In this document: positions 48,958 to 62,869 of the stretch, piece by piece | How the letters are laid out: the number at the start of each line of letters is the position of its first letter | Numbering within the stretch: the stretch's first letter is position 1 | Assembly (NCBI GenBank): GCA_030390025.1 | Contig: CM059432.1 | Location: 36,396,001 to 36,460,000 of the forward strand | DNA length: 64,000 nt | Reading direction: 5' to 3' | Source: Squalus acanthias | Lineage: Eukaryota | Notes under the pieces: model-generated | What the model was told of the DNA's origin: nothing | Databases searched by the model: none | Seen by the model: the letters and a program-made list of their open reading frames with translations, nothing else | Program-made: the position numbers and the translations under genes

Positions 48958-51175
48958 AGTTTTGTGTCCTCTGCAAATTTTGAAATTGTGCCCTGTACAC
49001 CCAAGTCCAAGTCATTAATATATATCAAGAAAAGCAGCGGTCCTAGTACCGACCCCTGGGGAACACCACTGTGTACCTTCCTCCAGTCTGAAAACAACCG
49101 TTCACCACTACTCTGTTTCCTGTCACTTAGCAAATTTTGTATCCATGCTGCCACTCTCCCTTTTATTCCAACTTTACTGGCAAGCCTATTATGTAACATT
49201 TTATCAAACTCCTTTGGGAAGTCCATGTACACCACGTCAACCGCATTGCCGTCATCAACCCTCTCTGTTACCTCATCAAAAAACTCAATCAAGTTAGTTA
49301 AACACGATTTGCCTTTAACAAATCCGTGCTGGCTTTCCGTAATGAATCAACACTTGTCCAAGTGATCTGTTAACTTTGTCCCTGATTATCGTTTCTAAAA
49401 GCTTCCCCACTACCGAGGTTAAACTGACTGACCTGTAGTTGCTGGGTTTATCCTTACGCCCTTTTTTGAACAATGGTGTAATATTTGCAATTCTCCAGTC
49501 CTCTGGCACCGCCCCCATATCTAAGGAAGATTATGGCCAGTACCTCCGCGATTTCCTCCTTCCCTCAAGATCCTAGGATGCATCCCATCCGGTCCTGGTG
49601 ACTTATCAACTTTAAGTACAGACAGCCTTTCTAGTACCTCCTCTTTATCAATTTTTACCTCATCCAGTATCTCCACTACCACCTCCTTTCGCTATGACTT
49701 TGGCAGCATCTTCTTCCTTGGTGAAGACAGATGCAAAGTACTCATTTAGTACCTCAGCCATGCCCTCTGCCGTCTTGTGTAGGTCTCCATTTTGGTCCCT
49801 AATCGGCCCCTCTCTCTTCTCTTAGGCTGTCCCTCGGAACCGAGGATGACTTGCTTCCACATTAAAAATGAGTTTGCAGGTGACTGATGAGTCCAATGCG
49901 GGACCTACAGTCTCTGTCACAGGTGGGGCAGACAGTGGTTGAAGGGGCGGGTGGGTGGGGTGCTTGGGTTGACGTGCGCTCCTTGCGCTGCCTGCGCTTG
50001 GTTTCCGCTTGCTCCCGGCGAAGAGACTCGAGGTGTTCGGCGCCTTCCCGGATGCTTCTCCTCCACTTTGTGCGGTCTTGGGCCAGGGATTCCCAGGTGT
50101 CAGTGGGGATGTTACACTTTTTCAAGGAGGCTTTGAGGGTGTCCTTGAAGCGTTTCCTCTGCCCACCTGGGGCTCTCTTGCCGTGCCGGAGCTCCGAGTA
50201 GAGCGCTTGTTTTGGGAGTCTCGTATCGGGCATGCGGACAATGTGACCCGTCCATCGGAGCTGATCGAGCGTGGTCAAAGCTTCGATGCTGGGGATGTTG
50301 GCCTGAGCAAGAACACTGACGTAGGTGCCCCTATCCTGCTAATGGATTTGCAGGATCTTGCGGAGGCAGCGTTGATGGTACCTCTCCAGTGCTTTGAGGT
50401 GCCTGCTGTACATGGTCCATGTCTCTGAGGCATACAGCAGGGCGGGCATCACTGCTGCTCTGTAGACCATGAGCTTAGTGCTGGGTTTGAGGTCCTGGTC
50501 TTCAAACACTCTCTTCCTCAGGCGACCGAAGGCTGCACTGGCACACTGAAGGCGGTGTTGGACTTCGTCGTCGACGTCTGCCCTTGTTGACAGTAGGCTC
50601 CCGAGGTATGGAAAGTGGTCCACGTTGTCCAAGGCCTTGTCGTGGATTTTGATAATCGGGGGGCTGTACTGTGTGGCGGGAGCAGGTTGGTAGAGGACCT
50701 TTGTCTTACGGATGTTTAGTGTAAGGCCCATGCTCTCGTACGCTTCGGTAAAGGTGTTGATGATGGTTTGGAGTTCGACCTCCGAGTGAGCGCAGACGTA
50801 AGCGTCGTCTGCATACTGTAATTCGACGACAGAGGATGGGACGACCTTGGATCTGGACTGGGGCGACGGAGGTTGAACAGTTTCCTGTTTGTTCTGCAAA
50901 TTAGCTCCACTCCAGCGGGGAGCTTACTGAGGGTGAGATGGAGCATTGCAGCAAGGAAGATCGAGAAGAGCGTTGGTGCGATGACACAGCCTTGCTTGAC
51001 CCCGGTCCGTACGTGACTTGGGTCTGTGGTGGAACAGTTGGTCAGGATCACGGCTTGCATGTCATCGTGAAGCAGGCGGAGGATGGTGACAACTTTTGAG
51101 GGCACCTCTCCTCTTACTACCCGTTTACTATTTATATGCCTATCGAAGACATTTGAATTCCCTTTTATGTTAGTC
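48958..51175 (-). mobile_element. CR1 LINE fragment split by an RTE insertion
   Basis: WRIANITPLFKKG and [22 protein letters not shown]1 sequence resumes at ~51105. Confidence 0.8.
49811..51104 (-). mobile_element. RTE-clade LINE, 5'-truncated
   Basis: GVKQGCVIAPTLF, YADD, FPYLGS, LRWTGHIVRMPDTRLPK and a C-terminal CPTC..H..H; short-repeat 3' tail. Confidence 0.88.
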
Positions 51176-51489
51176 AAGGACCAGTAATCCACAGTGCACC
51201 TGCAACAATACCAATGGAATGAATGTACTTGCATTTTTATAACACCTTATCAGTCCTTTAGCATTCGGTAAAAAATCTTCACAGCTAATAAATTATTATA
51301 CAAACTTATGAAGGGAAGGATGAGAAAAGATCATCTAGCCCATCAAACTCGATGCATCCAGTCAGTCAGTCAGTGACGCAACCTTGTAAAATGTTCACAC
51401 ACCCACTAACCACATTATCTCCTATGAGAAGCCATGTTTTAAGCTGATCTTTGAAAATGGTCAATCCTACCATTTCCATTCTGGTAGAA

Positions 51490-51755
51490 TGGGATAGTGG
51501 TAATGGTACTGGACTAGCAAACTAAACGTTGTCGGTTCAAATCGCACCATGGCAAGCTGTGAAATTGAATTCAGTAAATGGTACCAGAAAAGATGATCAT
51601 GAAAGCTGTCGGATTATTGTAAACCCAACTGCTTCACTAATGCCCTTCAAGGAAGGGTACCTGCCACCCTTACTTGGTCTGGCCTACGTGTGACTCCAAT
51701 CCCACACTATGTGGTTGACTCTTAATGCCCTCTTAAGTGGCCTAGCAAGCTGCTC
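51490..51755 (+). mobile_element. tRNA-derived SINE
   Basis: A-box-like tagtggtaatgg and B-box-like ggttcaaatcg; second copy at 28370-28595. Confidence 0.65.
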
Positions 51756-53599
51756 TTGTAAAACAACCACAGTCTTCTTAGCCTGGTTCTTCACACAGCA
51801 ATATATAAGCAGTTCTGTGCAGTCTCCAAAATGTTTTTTTTAAGAAAGTTTCTAAACATGTCATTTAAGTATTGTCATCTCCCACTCAACAGCTACCTGA
51901 TTTGCCTTGCATTGTAATGAAGAAAATGTATTTATTTCCAACTTTAAAATAGTATAAAAACAGGCTGCTATCTAGCCAAACCTGTGTGATACTAATATCT
52001 CAAAGCGTAATGCAGATGTTCCAGTATGATTCCGACCATACCCCTGTAATCTCCCTTCCATGTAACTCTGTGAATGGAGTGGGGGAGGGAGTTATTCTGA
52101 ACATAATTGGGGAGTAGACGTTGCCATCTGCGTAAATCGGACTCTTTCACTAGAGAGAAAAATTGTAGGTTGTTGCCCTTGGCAGCACTTCTCCATTTCC
52201 TGATGACCAGTTACAGAATAACACTAGAAGTTTGGGAGCAAGTTGCTTACTTGGAGTTGAGAGGCAGCATAGTTGGTGGATCTAAAAAGAAAAATGGAAG
52301 CTATTTAAAAAAAAAAACTTTATTTTTAAATAACCTCCTTTCCTAATGTCAGTTTCCTTGACTGGTTTTCATTTGGACAGTGCTGAATGATCATGTAAAC
52401 TGAATGGAGGAGGTGGTTTAGTGAAGGAACAGTGTATTTTTTGAAAGGTTGATTTCAGGGCCATTGAAGTTTGAGGATCACAAAGATAGTGCACATTCTG
52501 TGTAACCGTGAATATTTCAGGTGGGGTTAGTTCTGCTGAATTTCCGACTTTTCAATACTAATGTATAAAGATTCTAGCTATCTCAACTTCCATGTAGAGT
52601 CAATAATGAAGAGTCAGCAATTTGAAATTGTCAGAGTAAGGAGAGGGGTTAGAAGATTTCTTTATGCAGTGGGTTGTTGGGGCATGGAATGCTTTGTCAC
52701 AGGTAACGGTTGAGGCAAAGATCTTTGCATCTTTTAAGGGCAAATTATATAAATATTTGAAGCGGAGGAAGACAAGGCTGTAGGGAGAGAGCAGGGCAGT
52801 GTGGTTAATTTTGGATTGCGCTAGCAAGGGGTAAGTGTAGACACACTGGGCCAAATGGTGGCCTCCTGTAATGGACCAAATAGTGGTCTCGTGCTGAAAA
52901 CTTCTATGGTTCTGTGGTCACCAAACTTGCTGTTCTGTACAGAGTTGCAAGCTGCACCTAATTTGTGTTGAGGCAAAGATATAGAAGAATATCATGAACT
53001 GAGTGCAGAGCATAAAGGTATGCAACGACAGATCCAGGGCTGAATTCTATTCCGAAGCAAACTTCTGCAGTATCACTGTCCCCTTAACTTTCAGTTGTTC
53101 CCTCTGTGTGGTTTGGAACTATGAGAAACACAAGAGAGTCAGTTTGAGTTTGTAAAGAATGACATTGACTTATTATTGCAGCTCACTACCTGAGTTACAG
53201 CTTGCCCTTCTTTCATGAAAGTAGGTCAAAAGTACTGTTAATTACATGCAGCTTGCTGTCTAAAAAAGTTTCCATTCCAAGTTTTTCTCTGCAGTTATTC
53301 TTCGTCCTTGAATTAAATGGTTGGAGACCTGTGCTGTCTTTTTCTCTTCTTCCTGCTGCCATTCCTTTGCTAAAGGGTGGGAAGACACCTGTGCTTCAGG
53401 CCTGGATACTTCTGATTCTACTTGCACCCCTTAGGTTATGTCTGATCAGTGTATCCCATTCCTCCTCTTCAATTTAAAAACTTGGAGTTGGACGATAGAG
53501 GAAGTTATTGTGAACCTGCGACCTACTTCTCCTTGGGATACTGTGTTAGTAACGCCTCATTCTAGGATTTGGGTACATAATCAAGGCTGACACTTTAAT

Positions 53600-54335
53600 G
53601 ATGATGTGGAGATGCCGGTGTTGGACTGGGGTGGACAAATGTGAGAAGTCGCACAACACCAGGTTATAGTCCAACAGCTTTATTTGAAATCACAAGCTTT
53701 CGGAGCGCTGCTCCTTCGTCAGGTGAAGTGAAGAGATGCATATAGGCACAGCATATATAGTCAGAGAACACTGCCAGATGATTACAGTTAATCTTTCCAA
53801 CTGCCCTTTATCACACCTCGGCAGAGAGATAATCACGGCAATCAAAGGTGTGGATGGTGTCCAAACAGGTCAGTCAGGCAAAACATTACATCAAAGACAA
53901 TGTGGCAGATGCTGGGGTCTGTATGGAAAACAAAAAACTTTTTTTGCTGGAAATCACAGCAGGTCCGGCCGCATCTGTGTAGAGAGAACAAGCCAACGAC
54001 GACTCGAGTCTGGATGACTCTACGTCAGGTGGGGTTACAAGTAGCGTGATATGAACCCAAGATCCCGGTTGAGGCCGTCCTCATGGGTGCGGAACTTGGC
54101 TATCAGTTTCTGCTCGACGATTTTGCGTTGTCGTGTATCTCGAAGGCCGCCTTGGAGAACGCTTACCCGAAGATCGGAGGCTGAATGTCCTTGACTGCTG
54201 AAGTGTTCCCCGACTGGGAGGGAACACTCCTGCCTGGCGATTGTTGCGCGGTGTCCGTTCATACGTTGTCGCAGTGTCTGCATGGTCTCGCCGATGTACC
54301 ATGCTCCGGGGCATCCTTTCCTGCAACGTATGTAC
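53600..54335 (-). mobile_element. Penelope-like element 3' portion (GIY-YIG endonuclease C-terminus plus pLTR)
   Basis: ORF 54035-54358 reads C..C...YIGET.QTLRQRMNGHR, PVGEHF, E.KLI, GLN. A hammerhead lies downstream on the same strand. Confidence 0.85.
53690..53726 (-). ncRNA. Minimal type I hammerhead ribozyme (second PLE family)
   Basis: Minus strand reads UCAC-CUGACGAA-GGAGC(AGC)GCUCC-GAAA-GCUU-GUGA: perfect stems I and II, palindromic AGCU stem III. Confidence 0.8.
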
Positions 54336-55614
54336 TGAGGTTGTGATGCAAGTGTCATCTTTCAGAAGTGATGCTGAACCATTATTCCATCTTGTTTGGT
54401 CCCCATTTACTTTGAGCCACAATTCAATTAAACAAATATGACTTATGTTGACAATTTGCCACTTAGCCAGATGAATAGGCTTCATTTGGTATTGAGATCC
54501 AAGATGGGGTGGTTGTGGCACGGATGGTGTCGGAAGCTTGTTACGGAAATGATAGTTGTCCCTGTGAACTGTTTACCAGTTGTGGCTATAGTTAGAAGAG
54601 AACATTTATATACCACATCTAAAACCGGAAGGTACTGCTGCGAATGACATGACTATAATCAATTATAAAGCTCAGGTAAAAAAAAATAGCATGACCTTCT
54701 TCTACTTCCCTCAGTTACTTAATATGCAGTTTGACAATAGATACAACAGATGCCCGTTTCCTCTTATTATGGCATCTCAATGCTGTCGCTAGAATTTCAA
54801 TAAGGTGGCCGTGAGTAATCTTCATACTATGATGGCCACTTGAACTGTAAAAATACCCAGCTGCACAATTATAGATTTTGACCTTCTAAACTTGGTTGTT
54901 GTTTGGAGAGAGAACGAGAACTTTTGAGCTTAACACTAGGGTGAAATATGGGTGATTGCAAGGTAGTCATTGGTCATGGTGGAAACATTTTAAATAACTA
55001 AATGAAAGTATCATATGAGATGTATTGCAAAATGAAGCACATTGACTTGTGTTTATTGAGTCTATCCCCAACCCTGTCAACAGCATTGACCCGATATGCT
55101 AAAACCTAGAGACATCAACATCTGTTGCTTAACTTTTACCCAGTTTACAGCATTTACTTGATGCTTTGGATAATTCCTGTGCGACAGATTTCATCTTGCT
55201 CTATTCCTATTTTTGCCCAGCTGCCATAATAGATTGCCCATTGTGAGTCTGCTATTAATAGGACATGTGATTAGTTAACGCTCCTAACAACTCAAAGAAT
55301 AGGGCTTTTGTGCCTCAGGTACTTTTATGCAAAATTGTAGTGCATGAGCAGGAAATCGTGTTACGCTCACAAGTAAGTAACCTCATTCAGATATTGGGCA
55401 GCACCAAATCTCTTGCCTTGGTTGTTAAGTTCTCGTTATGGCACAGATTACATGGATTGTTGGCCCGATTGGGTGTGTTAGTGCATTGAAACTTTGCGAA
55501 GATAAATACTATTTTGAAAAGTGAAATTAGTTGCATTCTCAACCCAGTTAGTTTTGGGCCCAGTTAGAGGTGAGAGTGCTACCACTTAAGCCATGGCTGA
55601 CACCTTGGGTGGTA

Positions 55615-56050
55615 GCTATGAAGAAAGATTGAAAATTGAGTTTGCCTTAACTGGAACAGAGAAGATTAGGGGAATCTAATACATATTTTCAAAGTTATGA
55701 ATGATTGAGAGGGTAAACCGTGAAAGATTGTTCCCATTGATTGGAAGTCTAGGACAAGGGGACATAATCTTAAAATCAGAGCAAGGCCATTCAGGAGAGA
55801 AGTTATGAAATACTTCTTCACACAAAGGGTGGTAGAAGTGTGGAGCGCTCTCCCACAAAAACCAGTAGATACTAGCTCAATTAATAATTTTAAATCTGTG
55901 ATCAATAGATTTTTGCTAGCTAAGGGTATTAAGGGATATGGAACCAAGGCGGGTAAATAGAGTTAGGATACAGATCAGCCATTATATAATTGAATGGCTG
56001 AACAGGCTCGAGGGGCTTAATAGCCTACTCCTGTTGTATGTTCCTATGTT
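55615..56050 (+). mobile_element. CR1 LINE 3' fragment
   Basis: Colinear with other CR1 3' ends (cacaaagggtggtagaagtgtgg, cagatcagcc, cctactcctg). Confidence 0.75.
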
Positions 56051-59000
56051 ATGTAAGGCTCTTCGAAATGTGTGAGGCACAAGACATAAATGCAAGTGTT
56101 TTCTTTTTCCTTCAACATTCAGCTTAACTTTCATAACCCTATGTTCTGCATATAACTTTTTCCAGAGCAGACGCTTTGGGGGGGGGGGATTGATATGCAA
56201 ATGAAGTGGTATAATGTGCTTGGGATATTTTATGCTAAATTCACAGTACAGTTGATTGGTTTTGCTTCCATAAATCCAAGGCATTGCTGAATCTATAAAC
56301 AAAGTCTTTGGATTGCATCTTGGAATAATAAGACTGACTCAAAGCACAGATCTGGCTATTCTGTAAATTACTGGAATTACCTTGACTTTTACAGAAATAC
56401 ACAGTATTATTTACTGGTCACATTTGAAAAGATATAATATGATAAAATCTTCAAAGGCTTGCAGTTATATATCTCCCAAAATCTCTCAGCACTTTTCCTG
56501 CAATGAATTACTTTGGAATGTAGTTACTGTTCAGTGGGTAAATACGGCAGCCATTTTGTGCACAGCACAAGGTAATGGATATGTGTTTAGTGGTGGTGGT
56601 TGAAGGAGCGATGTTCGCCAGGAGAACTTTGTATATTTTGGAATAGTGCCATAACATCTTTAACGTCTTCTTAAATCACAATAACAGATTTGGTTTAAAG
56701 GTATCTCTGACTTGTTTGAATGTTGTGGGTTTGAAGTTTTGACTGCTGGTGAGGAGGGCTGGAAGTTTTTTTTTCCAGCTACAATTATGTACATGGAAGC
56801 TGGTCCAGCAAAACATCATGTAGATACCCTGAGCTCTACTGTGCTTTTCTTCCCTAGAATGTCTTGGCCCTCTCTCCCTTGATACCATGACCCACTTCTA
56901 TGTCCAGGGCTCGTCTCAGTTTCTCCTCTTCCACTCACATACTTATGTTGGTGTGAATTTCCAATTGATGTGATTGTTAATTTGTCGATCAATGTAGTAG
57001 ACTATACTTGTTCATTGTTCTTGTTGGTCCTGGTCCCTGTTGCTGTGTTTGGATACCCCTCTCATAACTCATGCAGGATAAAATAGGATGATTGATAGTG
57101 TGCATATATGGAAGTGAAAATTTCTCGCTTGCAAGCCATAAAACCCTTCGATTTTTTTTCCTCTAAACTGAAACTAGGTCATCCTCATCCCTTCTCTTGC
57201 TAAATGCAGACAATGGCTTGCAGTAGCAGGGAGAGGAGTGTTATTATGCTGTAGGGGGTGTGTTGTACATGGCCTGAACTTCCTGGTATCTCTCTCTTTG
57301 TGTGTGGTATGTTATTTATGGGATATCTATAATGTTCTGCTTGAATCTGATTGTTTTATGCATGAGGAATAATAGCTGCACTACCTTTCCTTTGCTTTCT
57401 CAGTCTGTGCCTTGTGCTGCTATTGATCCACTGATATGATTTGAAATGCAAATTAATGCAAATTTGTTTCCAAACCTCTAAATTTATCCTTTGTAGCAAG
57501 CAGTGAACAGCAGGGGTAATGTAGGTTTTTCAGTATAAAGACGGCCAGTTAAAGCTTAAGCAGCAGCTTAATAAAGATGGTTTTTAGATTAATACTAGAG
57601 AGCAGGGAGAGTGGTTCTGAAGCAAAGCCTGTGACCAAGGAGCACTAGTCTGCCTGTTAAATTTGCAGCATGCTGAAGATCCTTATTGAATTTGTTGCAA
57701 GGCCAGTAGGATAGTGGCAACATATTTCTTGAAGCATATCTGTGATTCACAAAAGGTCGGGTCCTGTGCCTGTGAAAGTCACAGATTTAGTCTGTTACAT
57801 TGATGTGGCATCAGCAGAGGGTGTCATAAAAAGTGGCATCAAAATTGATGATTATAGAAGGAGGGAAAGTGCTACAAATTGGAAATAAACAAAGAAGGAA
57901 AGAACTTGCATTTATATAGCGCCTTTCATGTGCTCAAGATGTCCTAAACTGCTTCACAGCCAATGAATTACCTTTGAAGTGCAGTCACTGTTATGTAGGC
58001 AAATGCAGCAACCAGTTTGAGAACAGCATGGTCCTATAAACAGCAATGAGATAAATGACCAGTTAAATGCACAACACGTCTATCAGTAAACAAAAAGAGA
58101 AACAACATATGAAGATATCAGGTGGAGAGCCTTCATCAGAACTCTGACCAATTATCTCCATTCAAAATATCTTTTTTCTATTTGTAGATGCTGATGAACA
58201 TGCTGTATAGGAGGGGGGGGGGGGAATAAATTTGCATCCTCAGGATGTCCCAGTGAGCTTTACAAACAAGGAATTACTTTTGAAGTGCATTCTCTGTTGA
58301 TGTTTAGGAAATGCGACAACCAATTTGCACACAGCATGGTCCCAGAAGGAGCAAATGAATGAAAGACCAGATCATGTTCTGTTCTCATCAGCTAACTATT
58401 TTTATATATTACATTAGTGACGATGTTAAATTAATGACCCCTCGTCATTGACTCTCCAAGCAGAGGAAATAGTCTTTCCCTATTCCCACTCTCAAAACTC
58501 CTCATAATTTTAAGAAGCTCTATTAATTCCCTTCTTGGCTTTCTCTACTCCAGCAGAACTAGTCCAAGTATCTCGAGTCTCTCCTCGTGACTATAGTTTC
58601 CCATCCCTGTTATCATCCTGGTGAATTTACGCTGTATGCTTTCTATGGCTTTAATGTCATTTCTATAATGGGGCAACCAAAACTGCACATAGTACTTTGT
58701 GTCCAACCAATGTTTTTTAAAACTTTATTAATAATACTTGTATTCTATGACACTATTTATAAAACCCAAAATCCTATTTGCCTTTCAGTGTCTATCCATT
58801 AAATATATGCTCCCATTCCTTATCCACATTAAATTGCATCGGTCACCTGTCTGCCCATTCCTTTAACCTTTGTGATTTCTGGGGTACACCACTTCCTACC
58901 TTTCTCCAGTTGCAGCAACACTCATTTACTCATCTGTTTCCTGACTGTCAACCAGTTTTCTATCCATGATGCTACATTCCCTTTATACAATACACTTGCA

Positions 59001-62000
59001 TTTTTCTAACAAACCTCTTATGAGACACCTTATAAAATGTCTTACAAAAGTTCACATACACTATATCTAAAGCTGAATGAAAATTGTAAATCAATGTTTT
59101 CAAATGCTATTTATATAATATGCTGCATCTTCAAAGTCCTGAACACTCTGTAGGCTGTTCTAATTGTAATTAAAACTGCCTCAAAAGTGCATCTCTTCAG
59201 TGTTCTATAATGGGTTCTGACCTACATCGTGGGCATTTGAATGTCTTGTGTTTTCCCTCTGCAATTTCCTTCCCTCCCAAGAAGGTGTTCTGGCATATAG
59301 CTGAGTGCTGTCAGCCCTTTATTGCCTAGCCCAAGAGACCACTCTTGGATGCTATTTATATTCATATAGTGCCACCAGTCCCTGGCATGTGGGTCTATCA
59401 TACTTGGCAACACCATCAAAGCAAAGTACCTGGATTTGGTAAGGCTAGTGGCCAGGAGGACCAGGGTGTTACAAGCCTTAACAAACCTGGCAGGTTTATT
59501 TGATGACAGAGCATGCTTCGGAAGCATGTGGCATTACTATGGTACTATGAGCTTAGACTGTTGGTTGCATTTATGTTGCACTTCTAATGTTAAAGTAGGT
59601 CTCCGAATTTTTCATGGGGTTGGGGGTGGAAGTGAATGGCAAGCAGGGAATTTGGTGGGGGAAAGGACGGGGATGTCTAAAAGGCCTAAGTGAGGTGGGA
59701 GAGAGAGATGTTTAGAAGGCTTTTGATGACAGAGCGCGGTAAAGTGGGTTTGAATGAACCATTCAAGGGGTAGGGATGCAGTGACTCAAAAATCAGCTAC
59801 CAATTGTGGATTCAAGTGAGTAATTTGGGCTAAACAGAAGCCGAGGTTTTTACACCAGTAACTCGGCCTGAACAAGCAGCCAGGGAGGTTGATAGCCAAC
59901 ATCAGATGCATTTAGGTGTTGTTGAGAGCTGAGCAGAATAGCTTCAGTCTTGTGGACATTGAGCAGTAGGAAGTTATGCCTCTACTAGCACTGATGTTGG
60001 ACAGGCAGTCAAAAGTAGTGCAGCAGCAATGGAGCCAGGAGTGAAATTGGGCATCGTTGGCATATATGTAGAAGCTAACTCAGTGCTTAAGGATGATACC
60101 GATGGGGCATGTGGACGATAAGTAGGAGGGACCATCGATTGAGCTCTGGGGTACACCAGAGGTGACCATTCGCGCAAGGGAGAAGCCAATTCATATTAGC
60201 TGCATTGGAACAGGTAATAATGGAACCACAGGCCTGCGAGTGTCATGGAGATGGAATGTGGAAGAGAATGAAGTGGTCTACAATGTTTATAGCAGTGGAG
60301 GGCAAGAATGGACCGAGAAGCCACGATTGCAGTTACACAGCATATAATTTGTTAATATGACCAGTGCCTGAAGAGATGGAGATAGAGGTTGACTATATCA
60401 GGTCATGGTGCTGAGAAGAGCAATTTGAGTGACGAGCTGAGTTGGAAAGGGATGGAGGGACTTTATGAAAGAAATGTGTTTGAGTGCTGGTTAGAGGAAA
60501 TAGGGATGAAACTTCAGTCTACAGGGATTTGATGGTTAAGAGGGGCAGGGATAGCTGATGGTTGGTTTACCATTTTATTTTCTCCCTCCACCCCAAAGCC
60601 CAAGGACACTGGCCAATTGGGATGATCCTTGGGCTTAGGTCCATTCAACCCAGCACCAGGGATTGAATCTGGAAGCTTCCTAGTCTATATTGAGTTATTG
60701 GGGAGGCATTCAGGTGTGATACCCTCGAGACCCCTGAGAATGGTAAAGCCTTGTAGCACACGCCGAGTCATTACCATTCTCTATACAATTGTAGATCTTA
60801 GGCTTGAACGTATCCAGTTGCCTATAAATATTCCTGAATGAAATTTATATTAAAAAGGTGATGTTTTATTTACATGTACAATTTCATTGTTTTGGCGACT
60901 ATCCTGCCCCATGTTATGTCCGAATAAACACAAATTGGTGTGGTAATAAGTAGCTGCTTTTACTTCCAAGACCCTATAGAATATTCCATCAAAGAATACA
61001 CAGTAATACAAGAGAAGACATTGGAGTGTCATTGCTACAATGTGCTTACCCCATTAGGGGGCCATCTATTGTTCAGTTAACAATATGCAAGTATCATACA
61101 TATCACCCCAGTCATCGCAGTGGCTGCATTGCGAGTATACTAAATGCCTTGGAAAAGGACTCCCATATGTAATTTGAGCAATTCACCAGTGCCAGAGACT
61201 GAAATCACACATTCCTGTGACACCTAACACTTAGGAATTCTTACAGAAGTATGAAAGAACTCCTCTTGCAGTCACTAGTGTGATATCCTGCATACACTAG
61301 TGTTGTTTGCAAGGTTTCTAAATTGCTAGTTTGTACTGACATCTGCCAGTTTTCTTTTTTTGTATTTTAAATACTCCATTTTAAGCTCCCCAATAACTGT
61401 TTGTAAAGGCACTGCATATCTGAGCCACACAGACCACAAGGTCCTCATTCAATTCCTGATTTGTACTGAGTTAGCTGATCTCAGCCAGGGTTGCAGTAGA
61501 ACCCCTGGACTAGGACAGGGCAGATCACCTAGGGTTCTTGCACCTGAGTGCTATCTGGTGATTCTTGCATTGTGTGTATGGTTTGGGAAGGGAAGAAGAG
61601 GGGAGACTGGGTTCTGCAGCAGTGCTGCCCATCAAGTAACCTGTTAATGCTAACTATCTAAGCTCACATATGAAGGGCAGCCCTTGGGTGATGTATTGGA
61701 GTTCGACCATGCTGGTAGGATTGGGCTCGGTTGTGATGCTCCCCTTGGTTAAATAGCCTGTCAACAGGCTTTATAATGGGCATGGGTGAAAGGCGGACCT
61801 TGAGCGAAATACTGGAGGCTGGCCATGTTTAAATACTCCAGCATAAGTCAGTACCTTGAGGGGAGAAAATAGGTCACAAAAAAACAGAGCTATCTATTTT
61901 AAAAAGCTCCTTTTTGACTCAAAATGCTGAGATCTAAAAAGAGAATATTTATAGATGTAGAAGATGAGCTCACTGGTGTCTGTCACAAGCTTATTCTTTA

Positions 62001-62869
62001 GGTGAAATATAAATAGCTATTGCATACTCGCACGTTGCATTCACTATTTATACACAAGGGTGTAAAGGAAATGCAATTAGTAATTAAAGTATTAATGTTG
62101 GTTTTGATATGCTGAAGGAAGTTGAGCTGCTTTGATATGTATGAATAGTGCTGCAGACTGTGGGCAGCAAATCATTACTTTACCAAATACTGACTACAGT
62201 TCCCTGCTCATCAATTTTGGGTGATTGCTCTAAACTTCCTGTAATTAATAATTGTGACATTTTTGAGGCCATCATCGTGTGTTAAATAAATGGGAGGCAG
62301 TGTCTTACTGTCTAGCATGACGGGCAGGAATAAGAATGAAATAAAAAGGACCCACAAGCTTCTGTTGATTACATTTTTTTTTAATTCTCACTCGTATCCA
62401 GAGTAATTAAAAAAATTTTTTTTAAATGTGGTCGATTTTCTCCCTGCTCCTCAAAACATTAACTCCTGCTGGTTTTATTTTAATATATTTGTCCCTCAGG
62501 ATGTGACCGCACTGGCAAGGCTGCATTCATTGCCCATCCCTCTGTTTTTTTTATTAGGTAAGGGTATCCAGGGATATGGATCAAAGGCAAGTAAATGGAG
62601 TTGAGGTACAGATCAGTCATGATCTTATAATTGAATGATGGAATGGGCTCGACGGGCTGAATGGGCTACCCCTGTTCCTGTGTCCTTTAGAAGGTGGCGT
62701 TGAAGCTGAGTGGCTTGCTTATGCCATTTCCGAGAGAATTAAGAAGCAATCATGTTGTGTGGATCTGGAGTTGCATGAGGGCCAGACCCGGTAGCAGTAA
62801 TGGAAATCAAACATACTCAATAGTATTCAGGCTGTTTTAAAGCCTCAGGCTTCGCTCTAGCTATTTGAT

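Noticed and set aside
49809..51110. CCTCTC as TSD of the RTE copy
   Set aside because: Only 6 bp in low-complexity sequence; not reliable.
52942..53016. Possible exon between ttctgtacag and gtatgc
   Set aside because: All three frames contain stops, and there is no other support.
58113..58143. Possible further hammerhead (CUGAUGAA on the minus strand)
   Set aside because: Stem II is poor and GAAA is replaced by GAUA; at best a dead PLE remnant.
61410..61860. Probable old SINE-like repeat related to 13930-14290
   Set aside because: Too degraded to assign family or boundaries by eye.
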